From IMG/VR virus record IMGVR_UViG_3300020236_000031, positions 1-41,579 of that record: 41,579 bases of DNA; one strand, 5' to 3'. This document shows, one piece after another, positions 1-8,769 of the stretch; within the stretch, counting starts at the first letter, position 1, and each line of letters opens with the position of its first letter. Position numbers and translations under genes: made by a program. The DNA is from a virus. Lineage: Duplodnaviria; Caudoviricetes. A model generated the notes under the pieces. That model made no database searches. It saw only the letters and a list, made by a program, of their open reading frames with translations, and had not been told where the DNA came from.

Positions 1-91
1 TCTACCTGAACGAGATTGAGGCGTACAACGGAGCATGGAAAGAGCCGGTGGACGACGAGGCGCTTGCGCGTCAGTGGAAGTTGTCGGGACT
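1..91. repeat. Terminal direct repeat, left copy (circular assembly overlap)
   Basis: Bases 1-91 are identical to 41489-41579. Confidence 0.97.
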
Positions 92-852
92 TGAGCGACC
101 GTAGGGTTTTTTTGATTGCTAACGGTCCTTCGCTGGCTCGAACTCCGCTCGATATGCTCATCGGAGAAGAAGCCTGGGGCCTCGCCAGAATACATCTCAT
201 CTACGATCAGACCGAATGGCGACCAACTCGCTACTGGTGGTCTGACCATCCGCAGGACCAGCAAAACATGGACGACGTTCTCTGGCACATCGAACAAGAC
301 TATCCATGCTGGATCAGGAGAGACGTTTGCGAAATCATCACCGGAGACTATATTCCCAGCGGTCCTCTTCCTGATGGGCGATGGGTCAATCCGGCTCCCT
401 GGGCACCTGAGCCTCGACGACTTCCTGACAATGTGCATCCTTGGGATTACTGCGTTGAGCATAACGCCGGCCAGCTTCGCGCTATGGATGGAACACCAGA
501 CACGCGTAGGCCGGAAGGATGGCATCTAGATGACGGGCAGAATGTCTTGTGCAAATATGGTTCGGGCCTAGCCACGATGCTTCAGCAAGCTTACATCGAA
601 GGCTATAACCCGATCATTTTGGTCGGCGCAGATCTCGGGTACGTGGCTGGCGAGAACCACTTCATCGACGGCTATCATTCCTGGGATATGCCAGAAGGTC
701 GGGCCGAGATTGAGAATGACACGCAGGTGGACATGCACACCCACGCACGAGAATGGTGCGATGCACATGGTGTGCAGATATTGAACGCTAGTCTTGGAGG
801 CGAATTGGAAGTCTACGAGCGGGTGGAGTTTCGCTCACTATTCAATGGTTGA
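91..852 (+). CDS. DUF115/Maf-like (MptE-like) glycosyltransferase-family protein, paralog 1
   Basis: N-terminal VFLIANGPSL, then WRPTRY, GYNPIILVGADLGY, NHF and ILNASLGG motifs. TTG 91 is the likely start because it aligns with the N-termini of the paralogs. Confidence 0.75.
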   Translation: MSDRRVFLIANGPSLARTPLDMLIGEEAWGLARIHLIYDQTEWRPTRYWWSDHPQDQQNMDDVLWHIEQDYPCWIRRDVCEIITGDYIPSGPLPDGRWVNPAPWAPEPRRLPDNVHPWDYCVEHNAGQLRAMDGTPDTRRPEGWHLDDGQNVLCKYGSGLATMLQQAYIEGYNPIILVGADLGYVAGENHFIDGYHSWDMPEGRAEIENDTQVDMHTHAREWCDAHGVQILNASLGGELEVYERVEFRSLFNG

Positions 853-1519
853 ATGTCTTATCTGCTCCCAGCCCATGCGCTCCAACGGGGAGCGGAATTA
901 TCGCCGCAGTATCTACTGGTGGTGGTGCGACGAGTGTGAATTCGGGCAGGTAGATCCGATGCCACCCGAAGAGGAGATTCTGGAATACTACGCCTCAGGT
1001 GAGTATCGACAGGACGAGGGACTCAAGCACGAAGAAACCGCGCATGGTGATTACGATGGAGAGCCCGGAGAGTGGAACTATCACGAGGAAGGGGAGCGCG
1101 GCAGAGGATGGCTGGACTATGTTGATTTCCCTGTCCGATCTCATCTCGATGTGGGCGCATCTACGGGCAAAGTACTTGAGGTTATCGGTGCTGAATTTCA
1201 GGCGGGCGTTGAGCCTGGACAATGGCGCGAACGCTATGACAGCTACATTCGCATTGAGGACGTTGAGGAATACTTCGATCTTGTGACCTGCCTCCATACA
1301 CTAGAACATGTGGTCGATCCGATGAAGTTGCTCCGGCAAATTCACGATATAGCGACTGGACAGGTCTGCGTCGAAGTACCTCAGCCAGTCATGCGGATGT
1401 GGCCGCACCTGACGGACTGGCGGGAAAAGTCTCTGCTCAAAGCGATGGATCTGGCAGGGCTTCCTGCGAGGATTGTTGAGAACGCGCATCACATCAAGGC
1501 GAAGTGCGAGCTTTCGTAA
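845..1519 (+). CDS. Class I SAM-dependent methyltransferase with N-terminal Zn ribbon
   Basis: CxxC...CxxC at the N-terminus, motif I LDVGASTG, and FDLVTCLHTLEHVVDP. Confidence 0.85.
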   Translation: MVECLICSQPMRSNGERNYRRSIYWWWCDECEFGQVDPMPPEEEILEYYASGEYRQDEGLKHEETAHGDYDGEPGEWNYHEEGERGRGWLDYVDFPVRSHLDVGASTGKVLEVIGAEFQAGVEPGQWRERYDSYIRIEDVEEYFDLVTCLHTLEHVVDPMKLLRQIHDIATGQVCVEVPQPVMRMWPHLTDWREKSLLKAMDLAGLPARIVENAHHIKAKCELS

Positions 1520-1533
1520 GAGGAGTTGTTTCT

Positions 1534-1734
1534 ATGACTGAACATGTGCACGAATGGTACTTGGACTGGAAAGGTCCAGAAGGAAACAAAATTCTTGAAG
1601 GATTCTGCCGTGGATGTTCGAGAAACTTGACATTATTCCAAGTGGAGCTCCGAATCAACGCTATAGAGAAAGCGAAATTGGAACTCAAGAAACTAGATGA
1701 TGTATTCAGCTCGACACAAATCATCGATGCCTAG
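1534..1734 (+). CDS. Hypothetical protein
   Basis: AGGAG RBS, HxH and CxxC, overlaps the next start. Confidence 0.65.
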   Translation: MTEHVHEWYLDWKGPEGNKILEGFCRGCSRNLTLFQVELRINAIEKAKLELKKLDDVFSSTQIIDA

Positions 1735-2407
1735 AGCCTTCGTCGTCGGCTGTGGTCCCAGTCTGAGAGACACACCCCTCGAACTTCTGGAAGGGGAAGT
1801 TACCTATGCGGTCAATGCAATTCACTTGCTGTACAATCAGACGACCTGGCGCCCCACCCATCTCGTCATCGGAGACGTGACCGCCGAGCACCGGGATTGG
1901 GTCTTTGAGGGAGGCGAGACAGACGATGAGCGCACCGAGAGATTCCTTGACATCATCCACTCAAACCCCGATTCCGAGATACACATCAGAGGCAACTACT
2001 ACGGCTGGGGAGAAAGATTATTGGCGGGACGTAACGTGGACTACTTCCCTATCTGCACCCATCACAGCCTTGGACTTGGAGAAGACATCGAAGACAAAGC
2101 GCCCTCGGAATGGCACCTGCCGCAAATCTGCCGATGGGGCGGAAGTGTGTTGATGGCTATCCAGTTGGCGGCGAAGGAGAAATACGAACCGCTGTATCTG
2201 CTCGGGTGCGATCTTGGTTACAAGCCGGGGAGTGGGAACCATTTCGCGCCTGACTACGATCAGCCCATTGACGAGGCGAAGGCGGAGGCCCTGAACGCGG
2301 TCATCGGGAACGCGCATCACCTGGCTTCCATCAGTTGGGAAATCTACAACGCCGGCGTCGTGGACTTGCCGTGCTATCAGCAGGTGAAGCTGGAGGAGTT
2401 GTTTTGA
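1727..2407 (+). CDS. DUF115/Maf-like glycosyltransferase-family protein, paralog 2
   Basis: RAFVVGCGPSL, WRPT, GGSVLMAIQLA, LYLLGCDLGY, NHFAPDY. Confidence 0.78.
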   Translation: MPRAFVVGCGPSLRDTPLELLEGEVTYAVNAIHLLYNQTTWRPTHLVIGDVTAEHRDWVFEGGETDDERTERFLDIIHSNPDSEIHIRGNYYGWGERLLAGRNVDYFPICTHHSLGLGEDIEDKAPSEWHLPQICRWGGSVLMAIQLAAKEKYEPLYLLGCDLGYKPGSGNHFAPDYDQPIDEAKAEALNAVIGNAHHLASISWEIYNAGVVDLPCYQQVKLEELF

Positions 2408-3105
2408 CTCGTGCCTTCGTCGTCGGCTGTGGTCCCAGCCTGAAAGCCGATCAGTTGGACAGGCTCATCCCCGAAGTTTCCTTCGGTGTCAATCGCATAC
2501 ATCTCATCTATCCTGAGACCAAGTGGCGTCCGAACTATTGGCTTTTTTTCGACTTCTCTAACTCAACTGTTCCCATCTACAAGGACGACATCGCGTTTCA
2601 TTCCCGTCAGGGATATCCTTGCTACGTGCGCTCGGACATTGTGGCGAAGTTCATCGAGTACTTCGTGGGAGAGCAAATGGGCTCTGGCAACGATGAGTGG
2701 AGCATCAACGCCAACATGCAGAACATCAAGGCGCGAGAGCAGTGTTCGCACATAGACGCCGAACGCTTCACTACAGACAGATGGCATCTGCCAACGATCT
2801 GCAAGCAGGGTGGCTCAGTCTCTGCCGCGATCCAGCTTGCGGTGATGGAAGGCTACGATCCTATCTATTTGATCGGATGCGACGGGAACTTGGTCGGCAA
2901 CGCGCACAATCATTTCACCCCAGACTATGTGGATAGGGACGCCCTGAAGGTTCCGAAAGCTATTCTCGCCAACAAGACGCTGGAGCTCGCGCACCAGATT
3001 GCCGGGCGCGAGTGTAAAGAGCGCGGCATTTCCATCTTCAACGCCACGGTAGGGGGATCTGCTATCGGCGGCATCCCCGCGTGTGACTTCGACTCCCTTT
3101 TTTAG
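2404..3105 (+). CDS. DUF115/Maf-like glycosyltransferase-family protein, paralog 3
   Basis: TTG start after GGAGGAG, overlapping the previous stop. RAFVVGCGPSL, FGVNRI, IYLIGCD, HNHFTPDY, IFNATVGG. Confidence 0.78.
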   Translation: MTRAFVVGCGPSLKADQLDRLIPEVSFGVNRIHLIYPETKWRPNYWLFFDFSNSTVPIYKDDIAFHSRQGYPCYVRSDIVAKFIEYFVGEQMGSGNDEWSINANMQNIKAREQCSHIDAERFTTDRWHLPTICKQGGSVSAAIQLAVMEGYDPIYLIGCDGNLVGNAHNHFTPDYVDRDALKVPKAILANKTLELAHQIAGRECKERGISIFNATVGGSAIGGIPACDFDSLF

Positions 3106-3341
3106 TTCTCTACGGGATAGTATTCTGTAACAGAATCTTCAAGCCTCATAAATGATTGCTCCATCTGAAATAACTCGAATTGCGCATTGACTGCGTCTTG
3201 TATGTTGCTGGCAAGGATAGCGCGCACGAGGTCAGATTTTAGCGTTTCCCTTTTTTTTGATTTAAGGGTCGCCAGTTTATCAAGTAACTCGCTTTGAAGC
3301 GTGGATGATCCTGCTGAGAACGTGCTGATTTGTTCCGTCAT
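3102..3341 (-). CDS. Hypothetical protein, AT-rich and antisense to its neighbours (moron-like)
   Basis: 79-aa helical ORF filling the intergenic gap. Minus-strand TATAAT at 3372-3377. Confidence 0.6.
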   Translation of the reverse strand: MTEQISTFSAGSSTLQSELLDKLATLKSKKRETLKSDLVRAILASNIQDAVNAQFELFQMEQSFMRLEDSVTEYYPVEN

Positions 3342-3392
3342 TGGTTTTTCTCTCTAATGCGGATTGAGCGTATTATATCTTAGAAATCATTA

Positions 3393-3401
3393 TGCTATAC
3401 T
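3393..3401 (+). promoter_or_regulatory. Extended -10 promoter (TGcTATACT) upstream of the packaging/structural operon
   Basis: TGnTATACT ends 9 nt before ATG 3411, and no Shine-Dalgarno sequence is present. Confidence 0.55.
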
Positions 3402-3410
3402 GATCGCACA

Positions 3411-3662
3411 ATGGCGAAGAGACGCAAGAAGAAATTCATCAAGAAAGCGATCAAGCGTCCAGGCCAACTGCACCGCGACTTAAATGTTCCACAGGGGCAG
3501 ACCATCCCACTTTCCAAGTTGCGTGCTGCTGCCAAGCAGAAAGGCAAGGTGGGTCAGCGAGCCCGGTTTGCTCTAACGCTGCGGAAGCTGCGGCCCAAGA
3601 AGCGCGCAAAGCCCAAACGTGCAAAAGCCAAAACAAAAACTAGACGCAAACGTTCTCGCTAA
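3411..3662 (+). CDS. Small, highly basic K/R-rich phage protein
   Basis: FIKKAIKRPGQLHRDLNVPQGQTIP...GKVGQRARFALTLRKL, a pattern I recognise from uncharacterised phage proteins near packaging genes. Confidence 0.75.
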   Translation: MAKRRKKKFIKKAIKRPGQLHRDLNVPQGQTIPLSKLRAAAKQKGKVGQRARFALTLRKLRPKKRAKPKRAKAKTKTRRKRSR

Positions 3663-5199
3663 GATCCGAGAAGTCGTCTGGTCCGACACTCCGAAGGGGT
3701 TCATCTTTTTCTATTACTTCCTCGCCCCTGACGATTGGCCGCTTCCCGATCACTGCGTCACATGGGTTGCAAAGTTCTACGAGGCGCGCGATAAGGGCAT
3801 GAACCTTGCTGTCGAGGCGGCTCGTGGCCTGTTGAAATCCACCATTTTCTCCACTTACATGACTACATACCAGACTGCACTTCATGCCAATCTGGAGACT
3901 ATTATCGTGCAAGCCTCCGAAGGATTGGCAACTGACAACTCCGCAATGATCTCGGACATCATTGAGAACAACTCGGGGTTCCATCTCTTGTTCCCTCATA
4001 TTCGACCAGACAAGGGCCAGTCCTGGGGCGCAAAGGGCGGATACGAGGTCGTGAATACCGACATGGATTATGCAGCGTTTCGCAAGCAGCGGACCATCAC
4101 GCCTACGATCCTCGCCACTACTTACAAGTCATCGAATGTACAGGGCAGACATCCGCGACTATTCGGGATACTGGACGATATCAACAACAGCCGCAACTCT
4201 CGTTATCCCCGTGAACTACAGCAGGTGAAGCTTGCAGTAGATCAGGAAATTCTGCCGGCCTTTGATCGGGTCAAGATGCAGATCGACATCTTCACTCCCT
4301 GGCGCGAAGGTGACATCGGTGACATGGCCAAGCAGCAGAAAGACACGCTTCATATTCGGACGCCTATCTACAAGCTGGACGAGAACGGGCAGCTGACCGA
4401 CGAGCCAGTATGGCCCGAGGAGAAACCGGAGAAGTGGATTGCCAAGGAACGCGCTAAGAGGGCTCCGCATGTGTTCGCTCAGATGTTCTTGTGTGACCTG
4501 AAGGGTTCACAGGGACGCATCCTCAAGCGGGAATATCTCAAGTACATTGAGGTCAATGAGATTCCTACCGACATCAAGGTCTACATCGCCTGCGACTATG
4601 CGAGCGTTGCTAAGAGCCAGGCGTTGAAGGGACGAGACTATTTTGCTCTCTCCGTCGTCGGACAGCATCCATCCGGCTTCCTTATCCTGCTCGACGGTGT
4701 GCGCAAGCACGTTGATCGTGCTGAGGCTGAGCAGGTATTCATGAACTGGTGTTCGCTGTATCATAAGCAGGGACGCCTGATCCGGGCCGGCATCGAGCGA
4801 CACGGTAAAGGCGAGGAATTTGCCGACGCAATGATGCGTGCTGCTAAAGGCTGGAAGGTGAAACAGCTCACGACTGGCAATAGAAGTAAGGGCGAGCGGT
4901 TCGAGAACCAGCTTGCACCGGTTATGATGGGTGATAGATTTCGCCTGACGACTGCGCCCAACGCGTTTGTCGATCAGTTTGTTGATGAGTTTCTGTCGTA
5001 TGACGGAATCGGGACTTATACTGATGATTGTCTAGACGCGGTTTATTACGCTGTTAGACTGGCGAAAGGCTACATCAACTGGTCTGACGATGACTCGATT
5101 TACGATAGCAGTCTTGTGAAGCAGGTCAGATCACGGAACCCGCTTTTCAAATTGGCCCGCAGGAGAAAACAAGGTGAACGATTGCGTAGAGTATCCTAA
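3619..5199 (+). CDS. terL: Terminase large subunit
   Basis: Walker A-like EAARGLLKST, QGRHPRLFGILDD (Walker B), TPW, nuclease-domain IACDYA and DDCLDAVYYA. Confidence 0.9.
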   Translation: MQKPKQKLDANVLAKIREVVWSDTPKGFIFFYYFLAPDDWPLPDHCVTWVAKFYEARDKGMNLAVEAARGLLKSTIFSTYMTTYQTALHANLETIIVQASEGLATDNSAMISDIIENNSGFHLLFPHIRPDKGQSWGAKGGYEVVNTDMDYAAFRKQRTITPTILATTYKSSNVQGRHPRLFGILDDINNSRNSRYPRELQQVKLAVDQEILPAFDRVKMQIDIFTPWREGDIGDMAKQQKDTLHIRTPIYKLDENGQLTDEPVWPEEKPEKWIAKERAKRAPHVFAQMFLCDLKGSQGRILKREYLKYIEVNEIPTDIKVYIACDYASVAKSQALKGRDYFALSVVGQHPSGFLILLDGVRKHVDRAEAEQVFMNWCSLYHKQGRLIRAGIERHGKGEEFADAMMRAAKGWKVKQLTTGNRSKGERFENQLAPVMMGDRFRLTTAPNAFVDQFVDEFLSYDGIGTYTDDCLDAVYYAVRLAKGYINWSDDDSIYDSSLVKQVRSRNPLFKLARRRKQGERLRRVS

Positions 5200-5647
5200 T
5201 TCAATAGAAAAAAGTGGATATGCGCGGCCCAGGCGGGACGGAAAGAATTACTTTGCCCATAGGCTAGCTTGGGAGGAAGCCAACGGACCGATTCCTGAAG
5301 GGTTATTTGTCTTGCATCACTGCGATAACAAGCCCTGTGTGAACGTTGATCACCTCTTTTTGGGTACGCAGGCCGACAACATGGCAGACATGCTTGCGAA
5401 GGGTCGGGACAGGAGATGTGGTCGTCCTACGATCGTGACACACGGAAACAGAGGGATGTACACTTATCACAAATGTCGCTGTCATGAATGCAGAGCAGCT
5501 GCTGCAAAATATGCCCGCGAGCTATACCATCGAACAAAGAAGGTGCAAACTGCCAGAAGTCGGGCTTATTATCTTGCTAACAAAGATCGCATAAAAGCCC
5601 AGAAACGAGCCTACTATCGGGCAAAGAGGGAAATGAGTTATGCCTAA
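5174..5647 (+). CDS. HNH homing endonuclease (HNH_3 type)
   Basis: AHRLAWEEANGPIPEGLFVLHHCDNKPCVNVDHLFLGTQADNMADM, plus a C-terminal HG...Y..HKCRCHEC module. Confidence 0.92.
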   Translation: MNDCVEYPNSIEKSGYARPRRDGKNYFAHRLAWEEANGPIPEGLFVLHHCDNKPCVNVDHLFLGTQADNMADMLAKGRDRRCGRPTIVTHGNRGMYTYHKCRCHECRAAAAKYARELYHRTKKVQTARSRAYYLANKDRIKAQKRAYYRAKREMSYA

Positions 5648-7502
5648 GAAACTTCCCAGTTTAGAATGGTTTAAGGGTCGTAGTAATTACCTAGAGCAGC
5701 AGAACACCAAGCGTGACGATATGTTCGAGGCTCTCGATCAGTATCGCCACGGCGAATGGTCAATGGATGATGAGCTGCTGGAGATTGACTGGATTCACGA
5801 GAGCCGTGACCCGATCTTTGCCCAGCAATCCGACTCCGCCAAGCACATCCTCTCAGATGTATCTCCTTCTATAAGTCTGCTTCCCTACAATCCCGGCGGC
5901 GAGGGGACAGATATTGCCGACCGTCATGAGAAGGGACTGCGCTGGCTATTGAACTCAGCGAGCCGCAGACGACCAGCTACCATTGTCAGAGATGTTGTTT
6001 CCTCCGCAGTGGATTACGCGGAAGTTGCCTCGCAGGTGGTTTACATCCCTCAGCAAATCAAAGACGTGAAGGCCGCGGGCGGCAACGCCCAGCGCTATGA
6101 ATCCATGCTCAGACGTGGGCCATTTGCGGTCATCATCCATAATCCCCGAACGGTGTACTGTCGCTATTCCGACATGGGTGCTGAAGAGGTGATACTTCTC
6201 GCTGACGAAGATCCCCATAACGTTATTGATCTGTGGGGTGACAAGGCAGATGGCCTCAAGAAGAAGATGGGGAAGGTGAAGGGTGGCTTCTCCGATACGG
6301 TCAAGCTGAAGGATTACACCTCCTACGACTTCCGTGCCGTCTGGGTTGAATGGGGTGAGGGCGGCGAGATGATTGAGATCGAGCGCGGTAAGTGGCCGTG
6401 GCCGTTCATGGGCTGGGTGTGCCAGTATGGCGGAACCTCGCTTGAGGATAAAGGCCAATTCCAGCGCAAGCCGTTGCTGGCAAATATGTATCACTTCGAT
6501 ATTTACGATGACATCAATCGTGTCAGGACTATGCGCTTTTCGGACATGATACGTACTATGGGCGAGGCCCGAGAGACCTTTCAATCAGATACGCGGATGA
6601 CGCCTGACAGGGACGCGTCTAGCGGGGATCTCGTAGATCATATTCATACTGAGGAGGCGCTGACTCCGAAACGGGATCACATTCCAAATCCCTCGATGTC
6701 AACGCTCTATGCAGAACTGCGGGGCGATGTCCAGAAGTCCATGCTCAGTGACTTATTGCTTGGAGCCGAAGTACCGCAAGGTGCTGCCTTTGCTTCTATT
6801 AACCTCGTTACGGAATCTGCCAAGAAGGTTCTCCGGTCTTCTCAGGCACTTGCTCAGCACGCGGTTGCTGATATCTTGGAGACCATGCTGCTTTATATCC
6901 ATTACGACAACAGCGAGGTGATTTCCTACGGCACCGGCAAGGGCGACCGTGGAGATGTCTATCTCATCAAGGGAAGCGAGATTGTCCCCAAGAACCTTTA
7001 CGTCACTGTCAAGCTGGAGGTTGATCTTCCTACTGACTTCCAGGCGCGCACCGTCACCGCAAGGGCACAGATCGACGCGGGTATCAATTCCCGTGTGGGG
7101 GCAATGGAAGACATCGGCATCAAGAACGCTACAGAGGTGGTGGAGGAGATTGCAGGCGAACGACTGGACGAGACGATGATGCGCATTGAGATGCAGAACA
7201 TCGAATTCTCTCAAAGTATGCAGTTGCAGGAACAGATGCGCCAGCAGATCACAAAGCAGATCATGTCCGACCCTCAGTTCATGCAGCAGATCGCGGCACA
7301 GATGCAGGAACAGGCAGTCCCTCCGTCTAATGAACAACAACGCAGGCCGGGTGAACCTCCGAGAGGGGTACAGCAGTTTCTTGGCGAGGCTGGACCGGAG
7401 AGTTTGGTTCCTTCTGAGGCAAATGCCGCCGAAGGAGGACCGACAAGTGAGGAGTTTGGGGCGGCAGAAATTCGTGCTCGTCAGCAGGAGGGGTTTCAAT
7501 GA
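5640..7502 (+). CDS. Portal protein
   Basis: 620-aa helical protein following terL, with a Q/P-rich C-terminal tail. Called from size and synteny. Confidence 0.75.
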   Translation: MPKKLPSLEWFKGRSNYLEQQNTKRDDMFEALDQYRHGEWSMDDELLEIDWIHESRDPIFAQQSDSAKHILSDVSPSISLLPYNPGGEGTDIADRHEKGLRWLLNSASRRRPATIVRDVVSSAVDYAEVASQVVYIPQQIKDVKAAGGNAQRYESMLRRGPFAVIIHNPRTVYCRYSDMGAEEVILLADEDPHNVIDLWGDKADGLKKKMGKVKGGFSDTVKLKDYTSYDFRAVWVEWGEGGEMIEIERGKWPWPFMGWVCQYGGTSLEDKGQFQRKPLLANMYHFDIYDDINRVRTMRFSDMIRTMGEARETFQSDTRMTPDRDASSGDLVDHIHTEEALTPKRDHIPNPSMSTLYAELRGDVQKSMLSDLLLGAEVPQGAAFASINLVTESAKKVLRSSQALAQHAVADILETMLLYIHYDNSEVISYGTGKGDRGDVYLIKGSEIVPKNLYVTVKLEVDLPTDFQARTVTARAQIDAGINSRVGAMEDIGIKNATEVVEEIAGERLDETMMRIEMQNIEFSQSMQLQEQMRQQITKQIMSDPQFMQQIAAQMQEQAVPPSNEQQRRPGEPPRGVQQFLGEAGPESLVPSEANAAEGGPTSEEFGAAEIRARQQEGFQ

Positions 7503-7708
7503 CCGTGAGCCAGAAGCGCCTTGACCAGTTGATTGTCCAGTCGAAAAGACGGCACAAGGCCAAGATGGAAAGATTGAATCTGGCTTTCTTGGCGAAGCGC
7601 GCGGAAGAGCAACCGCAGGATCTTCTCGCCGACCTTGAGAAACAGGGCGTTGTTTTGGAGGAAGGCGACATCATCCTAGAGCCGGGGGATCAGAACTATG
7701 GCGTATGA
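7499..7708 (+). CDS. Hypothetical protein
   Basis: ATGA-coupled to the portal stop. Confidence 0.65.
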   Translation: MTVSQKRLDQLIVQSKRRHKAKMERLNLAFLAKRAEEQPQDLLADLEKQGVVLEEGDIILEPGDQNYGV

Positions 7709-8768
7709 AATTGTTGATGGGAGATTGGTCAAGATTACTGACAAGACAAAGTTCGGAACTCCGGCTCAGAGGAAAGCTGGCCGGAGAATTACTGGTACGT
7801 TGGGCTTGCCTCAGACCAAAGAGCAAGCCGCCAAACAGCTCAGCCAGACTTTCGCACCACCTCCTGCTGCGCGCAAACCGTCGGCTCCTATTACTCTTGG
7901 GCGTGGACCTGTGACACCTCCAACTGTAGGTCAAGCATATATAGATGAGTTTGGGAATCAAGCAGTAAGGCAAGTGACTTTGCCACCTCCTGATCCATAT
8001 GGTCCTAAGCAAGCTACTAGACAGATATTTCAATCTCCTGATACAGCATTGCGGACAGGGCAAATTCAACCTACTGCGCCCGCGTTCCTGTCTCCCGGCG
8101 CGGCACAGGCGGCGCGCTTTCAGGGCATAACACCAAGTTCGATCATTCCGCAGGTTGAGATACGGCAACCACTACCTGCGGTGAGTCCAGTTTCTCAGCT
8201 TGCGAGTCCGTTCACAGGAAGACAACCCTCTGCTACGGGGGCACCTCCGACGCCAGATCTAACCCCCGGTGGACGGGAGATTCGCCATAGACCCGCGGTT
8301 ACTCCAGCTCCAGCCCTGGCTATTCCTCCGGGGACCGAGCAACAGCTTTCTTATCTCGACACGTTGAGGGCGACCGATCCCGAGCGAGCACTTGAAGTAG
8401 CCCGCTTTCAGTCAGCCACAATAGGCAGAAATACACCCGAGTCAGCACTTGCAACGAATGTATTTTTTACAGAGTATGCGCTATTTGACTTGGGCCAGCT
8501 TCCTAGAAATGCAACAGAGCAGGTCTGGGATGTTATTGCTCAACGTGCAGGATATGAGGGAACAGGCGCGGATTTGCTGGAAGAGAGAGGCTACATTCCT
8601 ATTGGTGGAGGCATGTGGTTTCTTCCTGATGGTGGAAATGGAGGAGATGGAGGAGGAGACGGAGCTTTTGGTCCTATAACTAGCAGAGCACCCATATTCT
8701 CTGGACGACCGGGCCGTTACTCCGGTACCCGCGGTGCTAGCCTCGGTTTGACAAATTGGAGAATTTGA
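7698..8768 (+). CDS. Pro-rich low-complexity protein, putative internal virion protein
   Basis: 356-aa P/A/T/Q-rich ORF between the portal and the giant protein. Confidence 0.6.
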   Translation: MAYEIVDGRLVKITDKTKFGTPAQRKAGRRITGTLGLPQTKEQAAKQLSQTFAPPPAARKPSAPITLGRGPVTPPTVGQAYIDEFGNQAVRQVTLPPPDPYGPKQATRQIFQSPDTALRTGQIQPTAPAFLSPGAAQAARFQGITPSSIIPQVEIRQPLPAVSPVSQLASPFTGRQPSATGAPPTPDLTPGGREIRHRPAVTPAPALAIPPGTEQQLSYLDTLRATDPERALEVARFQSATIGRNTPESALATNVFFTEYALFDLGQLPRNATEQVWDVIAQRAGYEGTGADLLEERGYIPIGGGMWFLPDGGNGGDGGGDGAFGPITSRAPIFSGRPGRYSGTRGASLGLTNWRI

Positions 8769-8769
8769 T

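Noticed and set aside
16-90. N-terminal extension of the first ORF as given in the track
   Set aside because: It overlaps the junction-spanning gene. Alignment with the paralogs indicates a start at TTG 91.
1-91. Biological direct terminal repeat of the virion DNA
   Set aside because: The repeat falls inside a coding sequence and has a k-mer-like length, so an assembler circularisation overlap is more likely.
5174-5647. HNH genes (also 24107-24598) as the TasH effector of the arrays or as intron-encoded
   Set aside because: Both are ~160-aa stand-alone HNH proteins with no room for a Nop domain, far from the arrays. The flanking genes appear intact, so there is no intron evidence.
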